From Octopus sinensis (Eukaryota): 59,304 nt of DNA. Both the position numbers and the translations under genes were made by a program. Location: assembly GCF_006345805.1 (NCBI RefSeq), contig NW_021832987.1, positions 1 through 59,304 of the forward strand, read 5' to 3'. The stretch's first letter is position 1. Every line of letters begins with the position of its first letter. Positions 39,086 to 53,797 of this stretch are shown here, in pieces. Under the pieces are notes generated by a model. It had not been told where the DNA came from, did no database searches, and saw only the letters and a program-made list of their open reading frames with translations.

Positions 39086-39751
39086 TCACGTATACATAGA
39101 TACATACAAACCTATATCTATGCATGCAAATTTGCGTGTATTCTTCAGCAGGTGATTTAAAAAGAAAGATGTAGTAATCATTTGCCTGTATGTGTGACTA
39201 TTTGATGTGGGTAATTATAATGTAATTATACAATTATTATAACAGATTCTTGATCCAGACGCATATCAATATTTACTGAATAAGCTAATTTTCTGTCGAA
39301 TTTATTTTAAAACATTGTGTCATCCACTAGCACATATCCAATAACAAAACCAATAATTATACCACTAGAAATTATAACAGTAGATTCCATTGTGTTTCAA
39401 CAAAAGCGAAACGCAAACATTAAATTTAAATTTAATAGAATAGTAACAAACTAATAATGTATTGTGTGATACAACATACTTATCCCCATACGTCTGTCTA
39501 TCCAGTAATTGGGGTATAAGTTAATATTGAAGGATATATAACATTTCTATTTGTTCAACTTCCAGACGTCGTGCGTGAGGGAAGTATCAAAACCTTTTAA
39601 ATATATATATGCAATACTGCAATATACATAGATAGTTATGGAAAGGTTGTGTGTGTGTGTGTGTGTGTGTGTTATGCGAGTGTGTATGCATGTGTGCATT
39701 TATGTAAATATATATGCACACATAAAAAGAAGACATGAGCTTAAACGTATA

Positions 39752-40147
39752 CTAGCAGTATCGCCCGGTGTTGATCGTGTTTGTTTCGACTCTTTAGAAT
39801 TGGAATTTTGGAGAAGTAAAAATCTTGCGTTATGTAGCTTGTTATTCTCTTTCAGTGAACATTTTTCTGGTTGAAATACACCGAAAAATAGCGACACCAC
39901 AGTCAACAAAAATTGTAAAAAATAGGGATTTTCATAGAAAAAAGCACCTTTTTGATGTAAATAATTTTTGATTTTAACGTGGTCCGATTTGAATTTCTTC
40001 TGCTACGGAAGGAAGGGTAAGGCTTCTTCTATCATAATCTCAATTTTGGTTAACTTGTACAGCAGGGTCTCGGAGGAGATAGTGTTAGTTGAAGGCTACC
40101 AAACCTGCCATACAACACAGACAACTTCAGCTTTATATAGAGAGAGA
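39752..40147 (-). mobile_element. Non-autonomous Helitron
   Basis: Shares the CTAGCAGTATCGCCCGG terminus with 24793. The 5' end is TCTCTCTCTATATAAAG on the minus strand. Confidence 0.75.
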
Positions 40148-41422
40148 TATACACACACACACGCATACATACACACAGACAGACACCCGACAAACAGACA
40201 CACAAGCATACACACGCACTCACATATGCACTTAGATATATGCACACATGCTACAATTTTCACAATATATTCAAATACACAAAGACAATTCCATGCCGAA
40301 TCACAGCGTTTACTTAGCATTTAAACCTAGAGATTCTGGTATAATTATATTAATACTTCTGTTTCTCACTATACAATATTCCTACCTATCTTTAAATATT
40401 TGATGTCATGGATTGTATATATAATTTATGAGTGACACTGACAACATTATGACATAAAAAGTTATGTATATACAGTTGAAGAATTATATGAGATATAAGA
40501 AATTTGGATAAAAGGACACATTTTGGATACTGTGCTATGATATTTCGGGAAATGGATTATATGATACAACTAACAGTTATTTTTTTTGTTTTTTTTTATT
40601 TGCTTTAGATTTACTCTGTAAATAAAGTATTGTAGTATATCGTATATTTATTTAAGTGTTCCCCTTTGCGAATGCAATCTCTGTCTGTAGCGAAAAATAG
40701 TTCCTGAAATACGTAAGATTTAATGCTTGGTGTTAGGTTGAAAATTTACGACGGAAGAAGACCAATGAAAACGTCGATAATTATGTCTGTTTCCCTCCAG
40801 TAAAATCATGTTTCGATGTGATTAAACATCAAAAATCAATAGATATGACTACAACGAAGTTATAAGCTGAATTCATTCGCAGCTAACGGCTCAGTCAGAA
40901 TATAAATGCGCCGTAAGAAATATCACATTTACTTATTTACTCTGCTCATGTCAGATTTATTATTGAGAACGTATATATATATATATATATATTATATACA
41001 TATTGTATTTTGTACATATACTAATTTACCGACAAACTAAATATTTAGATAATCTCCTAATTATAAATGCTATATTAATTAGTAACTTTCGGGAAATATA
41101 GGAATGATGTTACGGAAAATGTCCATACCATATTCATATAAGTACATTTCTTTTCGCCATTAAAACTCTTTTTATAATTTCTTAAGGTTCAACATCATCG
41201 CCAAAACAGAATTTTGATCACCAAGGAAAATCGACGAAAGCGGTCTATGGTAAATTACTTTCAAAACTGTGACTGACACAAAAATATGGAATTTTCAAAT
41301 ACACGTATATGCACACATGTGCGATAAAATGCATTTATGAATACAAGAATATATACACATGCTTTTTCATCTGTGCATTTATACGAATAAATAACATTTT
41401 ATGCATTGACATATGAATACAT

Positions 41423-41502
<80 letters not shown>

Positions 41503-41526
41503 GCATATTATAGTTATGCCCTGATA

Positions 41527-42550
41527 TTTGCATTTGTATTTGTGTAAGATTTCTCCGTTTTTTTACCGTCCCTGTTTTTCGTATACATTCGATGCTTTTT
41601 TCCAAGGTATCTAATGCTCTTAGCGTAGTTTTTCCTTGGAGCTGGCCAGATTGGAGCAATATCGAGTATATCCAGCCGAAATTGCTAATATAGTCTGGAA
41701 CTCGACTGGGGAAAGAAAACTCCGTATTACCCGTCCTCGTTTTCTTTGTATCGTCCGTCTGGATATGTTGTCCCTATTTTGTATCACCTAACTGTCTGGG
41801 TATTTTGCGCTTTTGACCCATTTTGGGATTTTTATAAATAAATATTTAGCACCGTACGTGTACTTTGGTCTCTTATATGTAATAATATATATATATATAT
41901 AAATTTTGTACGACTCTATTATTCTTTGTTTTCTTTCATTCTTTCCTTCTTTCTATCAACACTTTCATACTTACCTCGTTCATTCCACTCTTCGTTCTTT
42001 CATTCCCTTTCTCCCACATTTCCTGGACTTCTCTTCATGCTCACTTTCCCTCATCTTTCCTTTCTCTGTCCCTTTCATTTTTTTTTAGCGCTCCTTTATT
42101 CTTCTATCCCTCTGCCTCCATCTCTCTTTCTTCTCTCCCCACGTGACCGATTTTCAGCCGAGCCTGACCTTTCTTTCTTATTTCGAATACCATCCATACA
42201 ACATTTATATTCCTCCACGTGTCTGCCAAACGTTATGTCCTTGCCGTAATCATTTACTTCCACACACGTCAGCTTAATTTAGTTGTCCTTAGTCGAAAGA
42301 CACCTGTTGTTATGTCCTGTTATTTGCATTTGTATTTGTGTAGCATTTCTCCGTTCTTTTCCGTCCTTGTTTTTCGTATACATTCGCTCCTTTCTTCCAA
42401 GGAATCTAATGCTCTTAGCTTAGTTTTTTACGGGGCTGGCCAGATTGGAGCAATATCGAGTATAACCAGCCGAAACTGCAAAGATAATCTGGAACTCGAC
42501 TGAAGAGAAAAAACTCCGAATGACCCATTCTTGTTTTCTTTGTATTGTCT
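41527..42550 (+). repeat. Direct repeat pair (~230 bp; 41527-41755 and 42323-42550), terminal-repeat-like
   Basis: Both copies share TTTGCATTTGTATTTGTGT...GCTGGCCAGATTGGAGCAATATCGAGTATA.CCAGCCGAAA...TCTGGAACTCGACTG. Confidence 0.85.
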
Positions 42551-43558
42551 GCGTAACATTGAATATCTCTATTACTAACTCCTAATCAGCTCACTTTGGA
42601 TTTATTTTGAAGCTACTCTAGACAGTGTGGCCCTTGCCCTGGACGAAAACTTTGGAGTTTAAATTAAGCGCTACAATACGTTTTCTATCGGGGGATATCT
42701 AGCTCTCACCTCTTGACTGTATGTATGCATGTACGTATGCCAAACGTTTTCTGTGTGTAATGGAGTCCATACACACGTAGGAGCACGTATATGTATTCGT
42801 AAAACATCAACGTAGAGACATCAACGTAGTCGTGTGAAGCAGATTCCATACGATTATTCTTACATTTGTTTGTTCTTTTCATATTTTGCAAGCTAATGGC
42901 TGACGGCCATGATAGCAACAGCCGCATTTGGTTTAATGGCGAATGTTAGATACTGCTATTATTGGCATGAGATTAAGTTTTCAGTGTGTAATTTTCGAAG
43001 CATTAGGTATCTGTAACCTAAACAACATTGTATTTCAGCTACATAAATTGAAACACACACAACAATTTATACACATTTTCGTACACATACAATATCATAT
43101 ATTTATTACACTCACACAGAAATTTCTAAAAAATTCGTTATTACCGTACTGGTCCAATTTCGGGGTTAATTAATAAGAAATTTTCTCCTCTTCAGCGGCA
43201 AATACGCAAGATATAAGTGAAATACTTACTCATACCCGTCGAAAAAGCAAACACCAAGTCCTGAGCAGACCTAAGTACCCCAAATATATCCAAAATAGAA
43301 AAATCTTCGGCTCATCTCGAGAACGTGTGATTGGAATTTTTTAGAAATTTCTATCGGTTTGTTTCGAGACGCATAAATTATAATGGTTATTGAAAAGTTT
43401 TGTCTTTTTTTCAGCATATTTGGCATTAGAATTTTTCTTTTGCCCTTATCTTGTAAATTATTTATAAATTTAACCTTTAAAGGTATTTTTTGATATGCTG
43501 GCCATTGATATAATATTTTTCCCGAAAAAAAATTTATCCTATATTTGTTATTTATATA

Positions 43559-43720
43559 GCAGGAGTGGCTGTGTGGTAAGTAGCTTGCTAACCAACCACA
43601 TTGTTCCGGGTTCAGTCCCACTGCGTGGCATCTTGGGCAAGTGTCTTCTGCTATAGCCCCGGGCCGACCAATGCCTTGTGAGTGGATTTGGTAGATGGAA
43701 ACTGAAAGAAGCCTGTCGTA

Positions 43721-43777
<57 letters not shown>

Positions 43778-43982
43778 TTGTCCCCCTAGCATTGCTTGAC
43801 AACCGATGCTGGTGTGTTTACGTCCCCGTCACCCAGTGGTTCGGCAAAAAAGAGACCGATAGAATAAGTACTGGGCTTACAAAGAATAAGTGCTGGGGTC
43901 GATTTGCTCGACTAAAGGCGGTGCTCCAGGATGGCCGCAGTCAAATGACCGAAACAAGTAAAAGAGTAAAGAGTAAAAGAGT
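43559..43982 (+). mobile_element. SINE family A, full length
   Basis: Collinear with the other copies. Confidence 0.9.
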
Positions 43983-44863
43983 ATATATAAATTGCATATA
44001 GGACTTGATAGAAATACAGATAGATCAGAAGTGTATATTACTGACATCTTTACGAGAATACAGGATTGAGTGTGGCAGCTGCTATCCCTAATTCGCTGGG
44101 ACAGCGAGATCCAGGATGTCTGTAGATATATTTTTACTGATACAAAACAGAAAATGGAATGCAGCGTATTAATTAATATTTTATGAAGCTTTATCAGTGT
44201 TGTTGAATAACATCAGGATAATATAAACATCGTAGCTTTTTGCTTTCGTTCCATAATTTAATATTCTTAGAGGTGAATAGAGATGTATATATTTGTATGT
44301 TTTCGTATCTCCTTTTGTTTGCAGTATGGCGTCAAATATTTTAGTTATATTTTCAACAAAAGACAATGTATGTCTTTCGCATTTCGGTTTCTATGAGTAA
44401 TTATGTGCTTACAATGAGAAATGGTAATTTCTTTGCCACCATAGGCATAAATATAAACTTCATTTCTTTCTTTTATGAAAGAACGAAACGCATATTTCCA
44501 GTAGCATTAATTAAATAATTAGCAATTGGCTACAATGATAAAAAAGGACAAAAGAAAAACAAACAATACAAAATACATATAATTACATATAAGAAAACAT
44601 ACGAAAGGAATATCAGCATGAATTTCGTGTCATATAATGATATTTACATTTAATATAATTTGGTGGAAACAAAAACGTATGAAAATTTAAATTTCATTAA
44701 ATAGTATTATGATGTTGAAGAATTAGATTATAAAATTCTAAGACCACCGTCAACACAACAAGTGATATTATGGATGATTATGATGATGATGATGATGATG
44801 ATAGCAGCAACAACAAAAACAACAACAAACAACAAAAACAACAATAATAATAGCAATAAATAG

Positions 44864-45592
44864 GCAAGAATCCTCTGGGAGTTTGATTTCCAGACAGGCA
44901 ATATGTTAGAACACTGAAGTCCAGATAAAGTAACATTTGGGAGGGACAAACAAGAGTGCTTAATAATTGACAGAGTAGTACCAGGAGATCAACATATTAC
45001 TCTTTTACTCTTTTACTCTTTTACTTGTTTCAGTCATTTGACTGCGGTCATGCTGGAGCACCGCCTTATATCGAGCAACTCGACCCCGGGACTTATTCTT
45101 TGTAAGCCCAGTACTTATTCTATCGGTCTCTTTTGCCGAACCGCTAAATGACGGGAACATAAACACACCAGCATCGGTTGTCAAACGATGTCGGGCGACA
45201 AACACAGACACACAAACAAACGCACAAACATATATATATATACATATATACGACGGGTTTCTTTCAGTTTCCATCTACCAAATCCACTCACAAGGCATTG
45301 GTCGGCCCGAAGCTATAGTAGAAGACACTTGCCCAAGGTACCACGCAGTGGGACTGAACCGAAACCATGTAGTTCGTAAGCAAGCTACTTACCACACAGC
45401 CACACCTGCGCCTATCATTATGAAAGAATGAGAAAAGGTTGAAAAATTTGGAGTCCTGAGAATTGAGATCAGTATCTTGTGGCAGCTACAGGAGTCAAAC
45501 ATAAAGGTTGTCCCTATTGCCATCGGAACATTGTGTTTAATACCACCCAATCTGATAAAAAAAAACTCTGAAAGCCTCAGAAATACATAACA
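44864..45592 (+). mobile_element. R4/Dong-like LINE 3' fragment (restriction-like endonuclease) interrupted by SINE A
   Basis: ARILWEFDFQTGNMLEH*SPDKV..CLIIDRVVPGDQHI | MKE*EKVEKFGVLRIEISILW..VVPIAIGTL matches the RLE motif ILWD..QTD..RPD..IIDV..KE.EK.KY..LW..VVP.VIG.LG. It follows an AAC/AAT repeat. Confidence 0.8.
45000..45412 (-). mobile_element. SINE family A inserted in the R4/Dong fragment
   Basis: A full copy splits the RLE reading frame. Confidence 0.9.
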
Positions 45593-45654
45593 ATAAAGAT
45601 TTACTAACAGCTGAACATTGAGAATAAATAGAAGCTGAATAAACGATCAGATGT

Positions 45655-46645
45655 TCTTTTCTATTCTCGGCAGAAAGCCCGGAATATTTGGTGACAGGGG
45701 CCAATCGGTTAGATCGAGCCCAGTAGACAGCTAGTACTTAATTTATCGACCCCGAAATGATGAAATACAAAGTCGACCTCTGCGGAATCGGAACTCAGAA
45801 CGTAGCTACAGATGAAATACTGCTAAGCATTTCGACTAACGTGCTAACTCTTCTTCCCGTTCGCTGGGTTTAAAATATTATTTTCTGCTCTAGGCACAAG
45901 GCCCAATATTTTTGGGGAGGAGGCCAATCGATTAGATTGACCCCAGTATGTAACTTGTACTTAATTTATTGACCCCGAAATGCTGAGATGCAAAGACGAC
46001 CTCGCTGGAATTTGAACTCGGAACGTAGTGTCAGACGAAATACCGCTGGCAATTAGCCCGGCATGATAACGATTCTTTTCTACTCTAGGCACAAGGTTCA
46101 AAATTTTGAGGGAGGAGAGCAGTCGTTTATATCGACGCCAGTACGGGACTGGTACTTAATTTATCAACCCCGAAAGGATGAAAGGTATAGTCGATCTAGC
46201 GGAATTTGAACTCACAACATAGCGGCAGACAAAATACCTATTTCTTTTCTACCCACAAGGAGCTAAACACAGAGAGGACAAACAAGGACAGACAAATGGA
46301 TTAAGTCGATTATATCGACCCCAGTGCGTAACTGGTACTTATTTAATCGACCCCGAAATGATGAAAGGCAATGTCGACCTCGGCGGAATTTGAACTCAGA
46401 AAGTAGCGGCAGACGAAATACCTATTTCTTTACTACGCACACAGAGAGAACAAACAAGGAAAGACAAACGGATTAAGTCGATTACATCGACCCCAGTGTG
46501 TATCTGATACTTAATTTTATCGTCTCCAAAAGGCTGAAAGGCAAAGTCGACCTCGGTGGAATTTGAACTCAGAACGTAGCGGCTGACGAAATACTGCTAA
46601 GCATTTCACCCGGCGTGCTAACGTTACTGCCAGCTCGCCGCCTTT
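45655..46645 (-). mobile_element. SINE family B tandem array (~5 units)
   Basis: Repeated GACCCCGAAA.GATGAAA.GCAAAGTCGACCTC.GCGGAATTTGAACTC units, with the head at 46620-46645. Confidence 0.85.
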
Positions 46646-47669
46646 GAAGAATCAAATATTGAAACAGCACGTAAGATCTAACCCGATATTTTCAATACAG
46701 ATGGCAAGTTAAATGTTTACAGAAATTTAAAGAGAAAAAGAAAATAGGTAAAGCCATGACCATGACCATGAAATGTATTAAAGATGATAACATTTAAGAG
46801 AGACTGTAGACTAGTTTTAGTACTATGTTGCAACGGATCATATACGCAGTGAGGGAATGCTGACCTATACTACATGTTAAGAAGCTTATCATGTATGAAT
46901 CTGTAATCTAACGCAGTGGGAATATCTATTATGATTAATTAATTGTCTTAATTCACTGTCAAAGGATAACTAATTAAGTTAATGCCATTCAATTCTTATA
47001 AACGTTTAATACTATGAAATTAGCAAGTGATCCTTCTATATAAATTAAATGCTGCTTTGTTAAATACTGACCCCAATCACTAATTTACATTTCGACCATA
47101 TCTAATTTTTTATTGCAAAAGTAGTTATAACTTTAATCGTACTATTTAGTACCTGAAATGGTCAAAAGGTTTTCATAAACTATAATGAGAAAGGAAACAG
47201 GTTCAAACACAATCTTTGCACTTTAAATTATTAGGATAAAAAAATAAGACACTAATTCATTTTTTAAATAGTTTATGAACATTTCTGGCGCAATCAGTTG
47301 TCAGCCTTAGAAGTTATATATACCTTTTTCTACACAGCTCGAAATGTATTGAATATAATGTTCTCACAGAGAGACAAGCAAAAGAAAATGGAGGATTAGT
47401 AACAAACAGCATGTATAATGGGGCTTTCACTAATATAGTACGTAAATAGTGATGGAATGTGTTTAAAATGTACCGCATGTTAGTGACATGAAAACTTTTC
47501 TAAATCTTCATTCTGTCAACAATATATTACGTGTATTATTTTCATTAGAAACACAAATGAAAATATGGGAACAAATTATAAGAAAACATAAATTTATTCA
47601 TCAACATAACACTAAAAGTATTCATACAAATTTAAATTTCTACAAGCAATCCCTATAATAAAAAACCAT

Positions 47670-47737
<68 letters not shown>

Positions 47738-48340
47738 TATATACAAAGATAGACAGATATGGAAAGAGAGAAAAAGAAAGAATGTATGCGCGTGGGAGGG
47801 AGTAAGAGAGAGGAAACAAGAAATAAAGAATTTCTCAATTTTAGTTATGTTTTCTTAATTTGGAGTGAAATACGTTGGCCCACAGCAGACTGCATCACAA
47901 TCAAACAACGCTAGGATAATATACGGACAAAGTACACAACAAAGCGAAAACAATGACAATCAAAAATAATTATAAGAAAACTGGATATATAAAATAGATA
48001 TTGTATTGAATTATACATCGAATATATGTTTCAAATATTGTTTTTTTTTATATATAGATTCTTGAATGCAATTACCCGAGAGTATACTGTGCAATGAGGT
48101 TATAATATAAACAATGTAAACTTATCGCATTGTTTCTCAAATACAAACAATACGATCCTTGTGGTTATTTTAAAAAAAAGTGTTTATAATAATAACAATA
48201 ACATACACCGCACATAGACACACAAACAATCATGTACAAACACACATATATGTATTGTATAATGTTGGTTTAAATAGCACATGGTTTTGGGTTCGATCCT
48301 TGTTGTGGAAGTCATTCTTGCATATCATATACATGTGTGA

Positions 48341-48437
<97 letters not shown>

Positions 48438-48509
48438 TGTGTATATATATATATACATACGTATATTAGAAGAAATGAGGTATTCAGAAAATCGGATGGT
48501 TTATATTTA

Positions 48510-48787
48510 CAGATATTTATCTGTATATTACATGTTTTTATACATCATATAACTTAGATCATGTATTACCGCTTTCTCCCATTCTAGTGGGGTTTTCAAA
48601 TCAACTAAGTTCCTGTGTGAAAAGTTTTGACCATTTTATAGTGGTATTGAGTTTGTAGTGGTGGTCAAAACTTTTCACACAGGAACTTAGTTTGATTTGA
48701 AAACCCCACTAGAATGGGAGAAAGCGCTAATCAATGATCTAAGTTATATGATGTATAAAAACATGTAATATACAAATAAATATCTGT
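48510..48787. repeat. Near-perfect fold-back (~115-bp arms)
   Basis: CAGATATTTAT...CGCTTTCTCCCATTCTAGTGGGGTTTTCAAATCAA..AAGTTCCTGTGTGAAAAGTTTTGACCA is mirrored with few mismatches. Confidence 0.92.
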
Positions 48788-49228
<441 letters not shown>

Positions 49229-50235
49229 AACCTCTTCAGAACACTGTGACAAACAGTGCGGCATAAATACCGATCTCCATAAATTTCAGTGAATGTGGTC
49301 AGAAATGTAATTCTTAAAATCGTTTACTGTTTTTGGATTCCTCTCATAAATCTTGTTCTTTACAACACCCACAAAAGTGAAATCCATTGGTGTCAGTCCA
49401 GGTGAATTTAGTGGCCATTAAATACTGCCCCGTCTTCCAAATCAAGGCTGTAGAAAGGCTTGGTTAAGGTAGTCCCTTACTGTCAACGCATAATGGGGAG
49501 GTGCTCCATCTTGCCGAAAGAACAGTTCATCAAAGCTAGCTTTGGTTCTGAATTGTGGTACTACCACGTCACGAAGTATTTCCAAGTAGTTCTACCCATT
49601 TACATTTCTATCAAAGAAAACGAGTCCGATAACACCTTCGCTTCAGATTGCTACCCAAACTCTATGTTAATATGGTAATTCTCAAAATGGAAATATGTTA
49701 AAGGTGAGATTCAACCCGCACGGACATGGTGGTGCTCAAGCATGTGCTGTAGAAGACCACGCACATGGATAACGGCGTGGGACCATTTTCAATCATTGTT
49801 CATAGATCGTACAATTTTTTGTAAGCACAGAGTCCTTTCCGAGAAACCGTTCTTTTGCAAGAAAACCCCTTTCTAACAAACAGTTCTCAGCACTTTATTA
49901 AACATTCATTTTCTCTGTAGTATCGAAACTAGATTTTATAAAATGTGAAGTATAAAATTCGCATCTACTCAAGGTTTTCACAAATAGTTTATATGATGTA
50001 TACGTAGTAACATGAATTCAGATACAGTATGACAAGGGAGTTTCCTATCTCCTGTTGAAGTTCAACATAATGAATTAAAGAGAACTATACAAAATATAAT
50101 TTATTATAACTTATACTTCTTAGATAGATTTATATGAACAGTACGTTGATAAGCAGTACCTTTTAGCAACAAACCAGATTGCGAGTACCTTGTGATGTGT
50201 TTAATTCCAGTATGCTTGTTTGGGTGGATACCCTG
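49229..50235 (-). mobile_element. Decayed Tc1/mariner-superfamily DD41D (rosa/VS-like) transposon
   Basis: FRQDGAPPHYALTVRDYLNQAFLQP*FGRRGSI*WPLNSPGLTPMDF has 41 residues between the second and third Asp. A CAGGGT terminus lies at 50235. Confidence 0.8.
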
Positions 50236-51023
50236 TGTTCAACATTCGTTTGGTCAAACATATTGTTGACGTAAGTGCCATTGCTTAAAGTAGACCACCC
50301 GTTTCAGAGCGCAGCTCATCAAATGGCAATATCTTAGTGAATTTTATTGCGTATGTAAGTAAATTGAGCTTTGAAATATAATGTGATAGCTCTCAAAGAG
50401 AACGCAAATTCGATTTCGGAAAATCAATATACATTATGACCTTCACTTGTTTGATAACGATCATTACTTTGATATCTGGAAGTATTTAGTTACATAAAGC
50501 TTCCGTTTAGGCAAACCATTGATCTATGTCTTTCCCGAGGATACTCGCGGAAGCATCGAACATTTTCCCATCATTATTTTCCGAATCTCAGACCAATTGG
50601 AACATATTTCTGAAAATACCCTTATGTGTAAACGATTAGAATGAATCGGCTGCATGCAACACTTTCTTTTAAATTCTTCTCAGTGATGGATATAGAAGGA
50701 GAGGTGGGCCTAAGAACTCGTGGCAAAGATCAACACAAAAGGAACTAGAGAAAGGGGGACATTCATGGCAGAGTATAAGTACAGAAGCCCCAAATTATTC
50801 GACATGGAATTCATCTATAAGTGGCCTATACTCCGCTTTGGAGGGTTAAAGGCATAAAGTAAAGTAAACGTTTCGTACTCCTGCATTACATTTCAAAACA
50901 TACTTGCACATCCATTAATCAATTATCCAACATAGATTTACCGGAATCACACTGCTATTTCACTATTTTCATTATCAGATCGCGTAATTATGAGAGTGTT
51001 TACAAATAATTATAAGGACACAT

Positions 51024-51440
51024 AGGCGCAGGAGTGGCTGTGTGGTAAGTAGCTTGCTTACCAACCACATAGTTCCGGGTTCAGTCCTACTACGTTGCAC
51101 CTTGGGCAAGTGTCTTCTACTATAGCCTCGGGCCGACCAATGTCTTGTGAATGGATTTGGTAGACGGAAACTGAAAGAAGCCTGTCGTATATGTGCATAT
51201 ATATGTGTATGTGTGTTTGTGTGTTTATGTGTCGGTGTTTGTCCTCCCAACATCGCTTGACAACCGATGGTGGTGTGTTTACGTCCCTGTAACTTAGCGG
51301 TTCGGCAAAATAGACCGATAGAATAAGTACTGGGCTTACAAAGAATAAGTCTTGGGGTCGATTTGCTCGACTAAAGGCGGTGCTCCAGCATGGCCGCAGT
51401 CAAATGACTGAAACAATTAAAAGAGTAAAAAGAGTGAAAA
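51024..51440 (+). mobile_element. SINE family A, full length
   Basis: Collinear with the other copies. Confidence 0.9.
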
Positions 51441-52303
51441 GTATACTAACGATAGAACGCGAAATACAGACATAAACCAGCTTTCCTCCTTACTACACAC
51501 CCTACAGTTTTTATTCCAGAAAGGGTCAGACAAAATCATATTCAAACAATCGTATTTCATTAGGATGTCGGAACAATACGTTTGCTGTACATGCGATAAA
51601 ACTTACGAAGACATTTGAAGAAATACCACAACCCACTTAACCATATTCTACATAATCAACATTCATCAATATAAAGTAACTCCAAAACTACTCGAGTAAT
51701 ATCCAATGGAAGCAACACAAAATACATCATTATATAATGCATGGTAGCCATATTAATAACTCACATAATATAACCAGAAGGAAAACCTTAAATGCGAACA
51801 TCACACAGCTATATAGGCCTTAGTGTAAGCAAAAGACAAATATCTAATGTGACACCGGAATCAACATTATAACATGTACCTTGAAAGCAAATATTGGGCA
51901 AAGATAATTTCATATGTTTGAAGTACAAACCTGCTCACTCAACACAGACATGCCGGTGCACATGCTAGTGTAGTAGAAGATCAAAGGCAACCATTGAAAA
52001 AAAGGTAATAATGATTTATATATTAATAAGCAATATATGGCCAGGTGTTTTCTTTTCTCACGAACTGATATTATAATGAAGGGCAACCAAATCTCGCTAA
52101 GACTTTTGCAATATAAATAATGAAAAGAACAACGATTTCAATATAAGAATAATGAGAAATACACTGAACAATGTATAGGAAATATGAATGAATATATAAC
52201 ATGTCTGCCTGATACATGTAAATATATATATATATATATATAATATATATATATATTATATATATATACATATATATATGGCTGCTTATTTACTTATTTT
52301 GAG

Positions 52304-52364
<61 letters not shown>

Positions 52365-52619
52365 AATATATACATGATTGCTTATTAACTTATATATGTA
52401 TATTTATATATGTATATATATATGTATATATATAGATATATATGCATGTATATATATATATATATATATACAAAAAGCAATAAAGATTCAAGTTAATTTA
52501 AATGAATTTACTTGAATATGGTACATAACTTAGATGCACCAAAAAAAACTATACTGTTTTAACAATACAGTAATGTGGGGTGATTATAAGCGAGAAGGAA
52601 GCAACAAGAATGGATAGGT

Positions 52620-52710
52620 TTTTAGTACAATCGTTTCATACAAGGACAGGCTTTATTAAAAGTTGTAAAAATTACAGCATATAAACGTGTCCCGTACTCA
52701 TCAGCTAAAA
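52620..52710 (-). ncRNA. Type I hammerhead ribozyme (left arm copy)
   Basis: Reverse complement of 55271-55361. Confidence 0.75.
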
Positions 52711-53319
52711 TACATGTGAGTTCTCTAGACATCCTAGTGGTTGAGGCTATACTCATGAAGTAATGTAGATAATTAAGTAACATAAACAGATTTCCAAAGT
52801 TCATTAAAGTTCTTTAAAGATGATGTACAGTCTTATCACAGAATTTTAAAAAAGTTCTAATAGCATCACAGAGAAGGTGACCTAATCCATAGAGCACATG
52901 TGAATTTCCAGAGATATGATGAGGGATTACATACTCACAGAAGACAAATTTATTCATTGTTAATCACAACGAGGTGGGTCTCAATTCCTGCTTATTAGCA
53001 TTACAGAGAGGATGAATTAATCCTTTGTGTAGATGCACAATTTCCAATGGTGTAGATGTAAGTTTCCAGAGAAATGAAGTGGAATTTCATAATCACAGGC
53101 GATAAATTTATCAATGGTTGAACACAATGAGGTAGGTATCAATTCTTGTTATATGATTAGGTATTTGCCACATTAATCACATTACTGCTATTTACAAGAG
53201 GCTGTAGCTATTTAACTCCCAACTTTTAAAGGCTGAACGGCTTTCTAGAGAGGCCAAGAATAGAAAGGGAAGGGAATAGAAGAAAAGAGAGAAAATAAAG
53301 GAGGAGGGAGCAAAAAAAT

Positions 53320-53797
53320 AGGAACCTAAGACATCTACCCAAGAATAATCCAAAGCCTGAAGTTGCTCCTCCTGTGTGTAAGTGTAGAATAAAATCAAAA
53401 TGCCCGGCACCTGGTCTATGTGGGGAAAATAATGTAATCTATAAATGTACCATATCCACGGAGAATAACAAATATCTTTACGTTGGATGTACAATTAATT
53501 TTCTAGCCAGAGTTAGAAATCACATCTCGTCTTTTAAATTACGTCATAAAGCTGGTACCACCACACTTTCAAACAAAATTTGGGAACTCAAAAATAATAA
53601 TAAAAATTATAACCTTAATTGGGAATAGTTAGGAGAGCAATTCCGTATAAAATAGTAGGGTTGGTTGCCAACTATGCTCCATGGAGACGTATGAAATTCT
53701 AAAGCATAGAAAACATAGAAACTTATTGAATAATCATATCGAACTAGGTCAAGTTTGTGTCCACGCTAAATTGAAGACTTTAAAATATTTTAAATGA
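53320..53797 (+). pseudogene. GIY-YIG endonuclease domain of a Penelope-like element (two 1-nt frameshifts)
   Basis: CKCRIKSKCPAPGLCGENNVIYKC..YVGCT..FLARVRNHISSF..TTLSNKIWELK..W/EIVRRAIPY/..CQLCSMETYEI..LLNNHIELGQVCVH..* contains VIY/YVG, the catalytic R, E and N residues and Cys/His motifs. Confidence 0.88.

Noticed and set aside
51480-51900. Possible further GIY-YIG relic (SYIGLS motif)
   Set aside because: Only one short motif amid stops, which is insufficient support.
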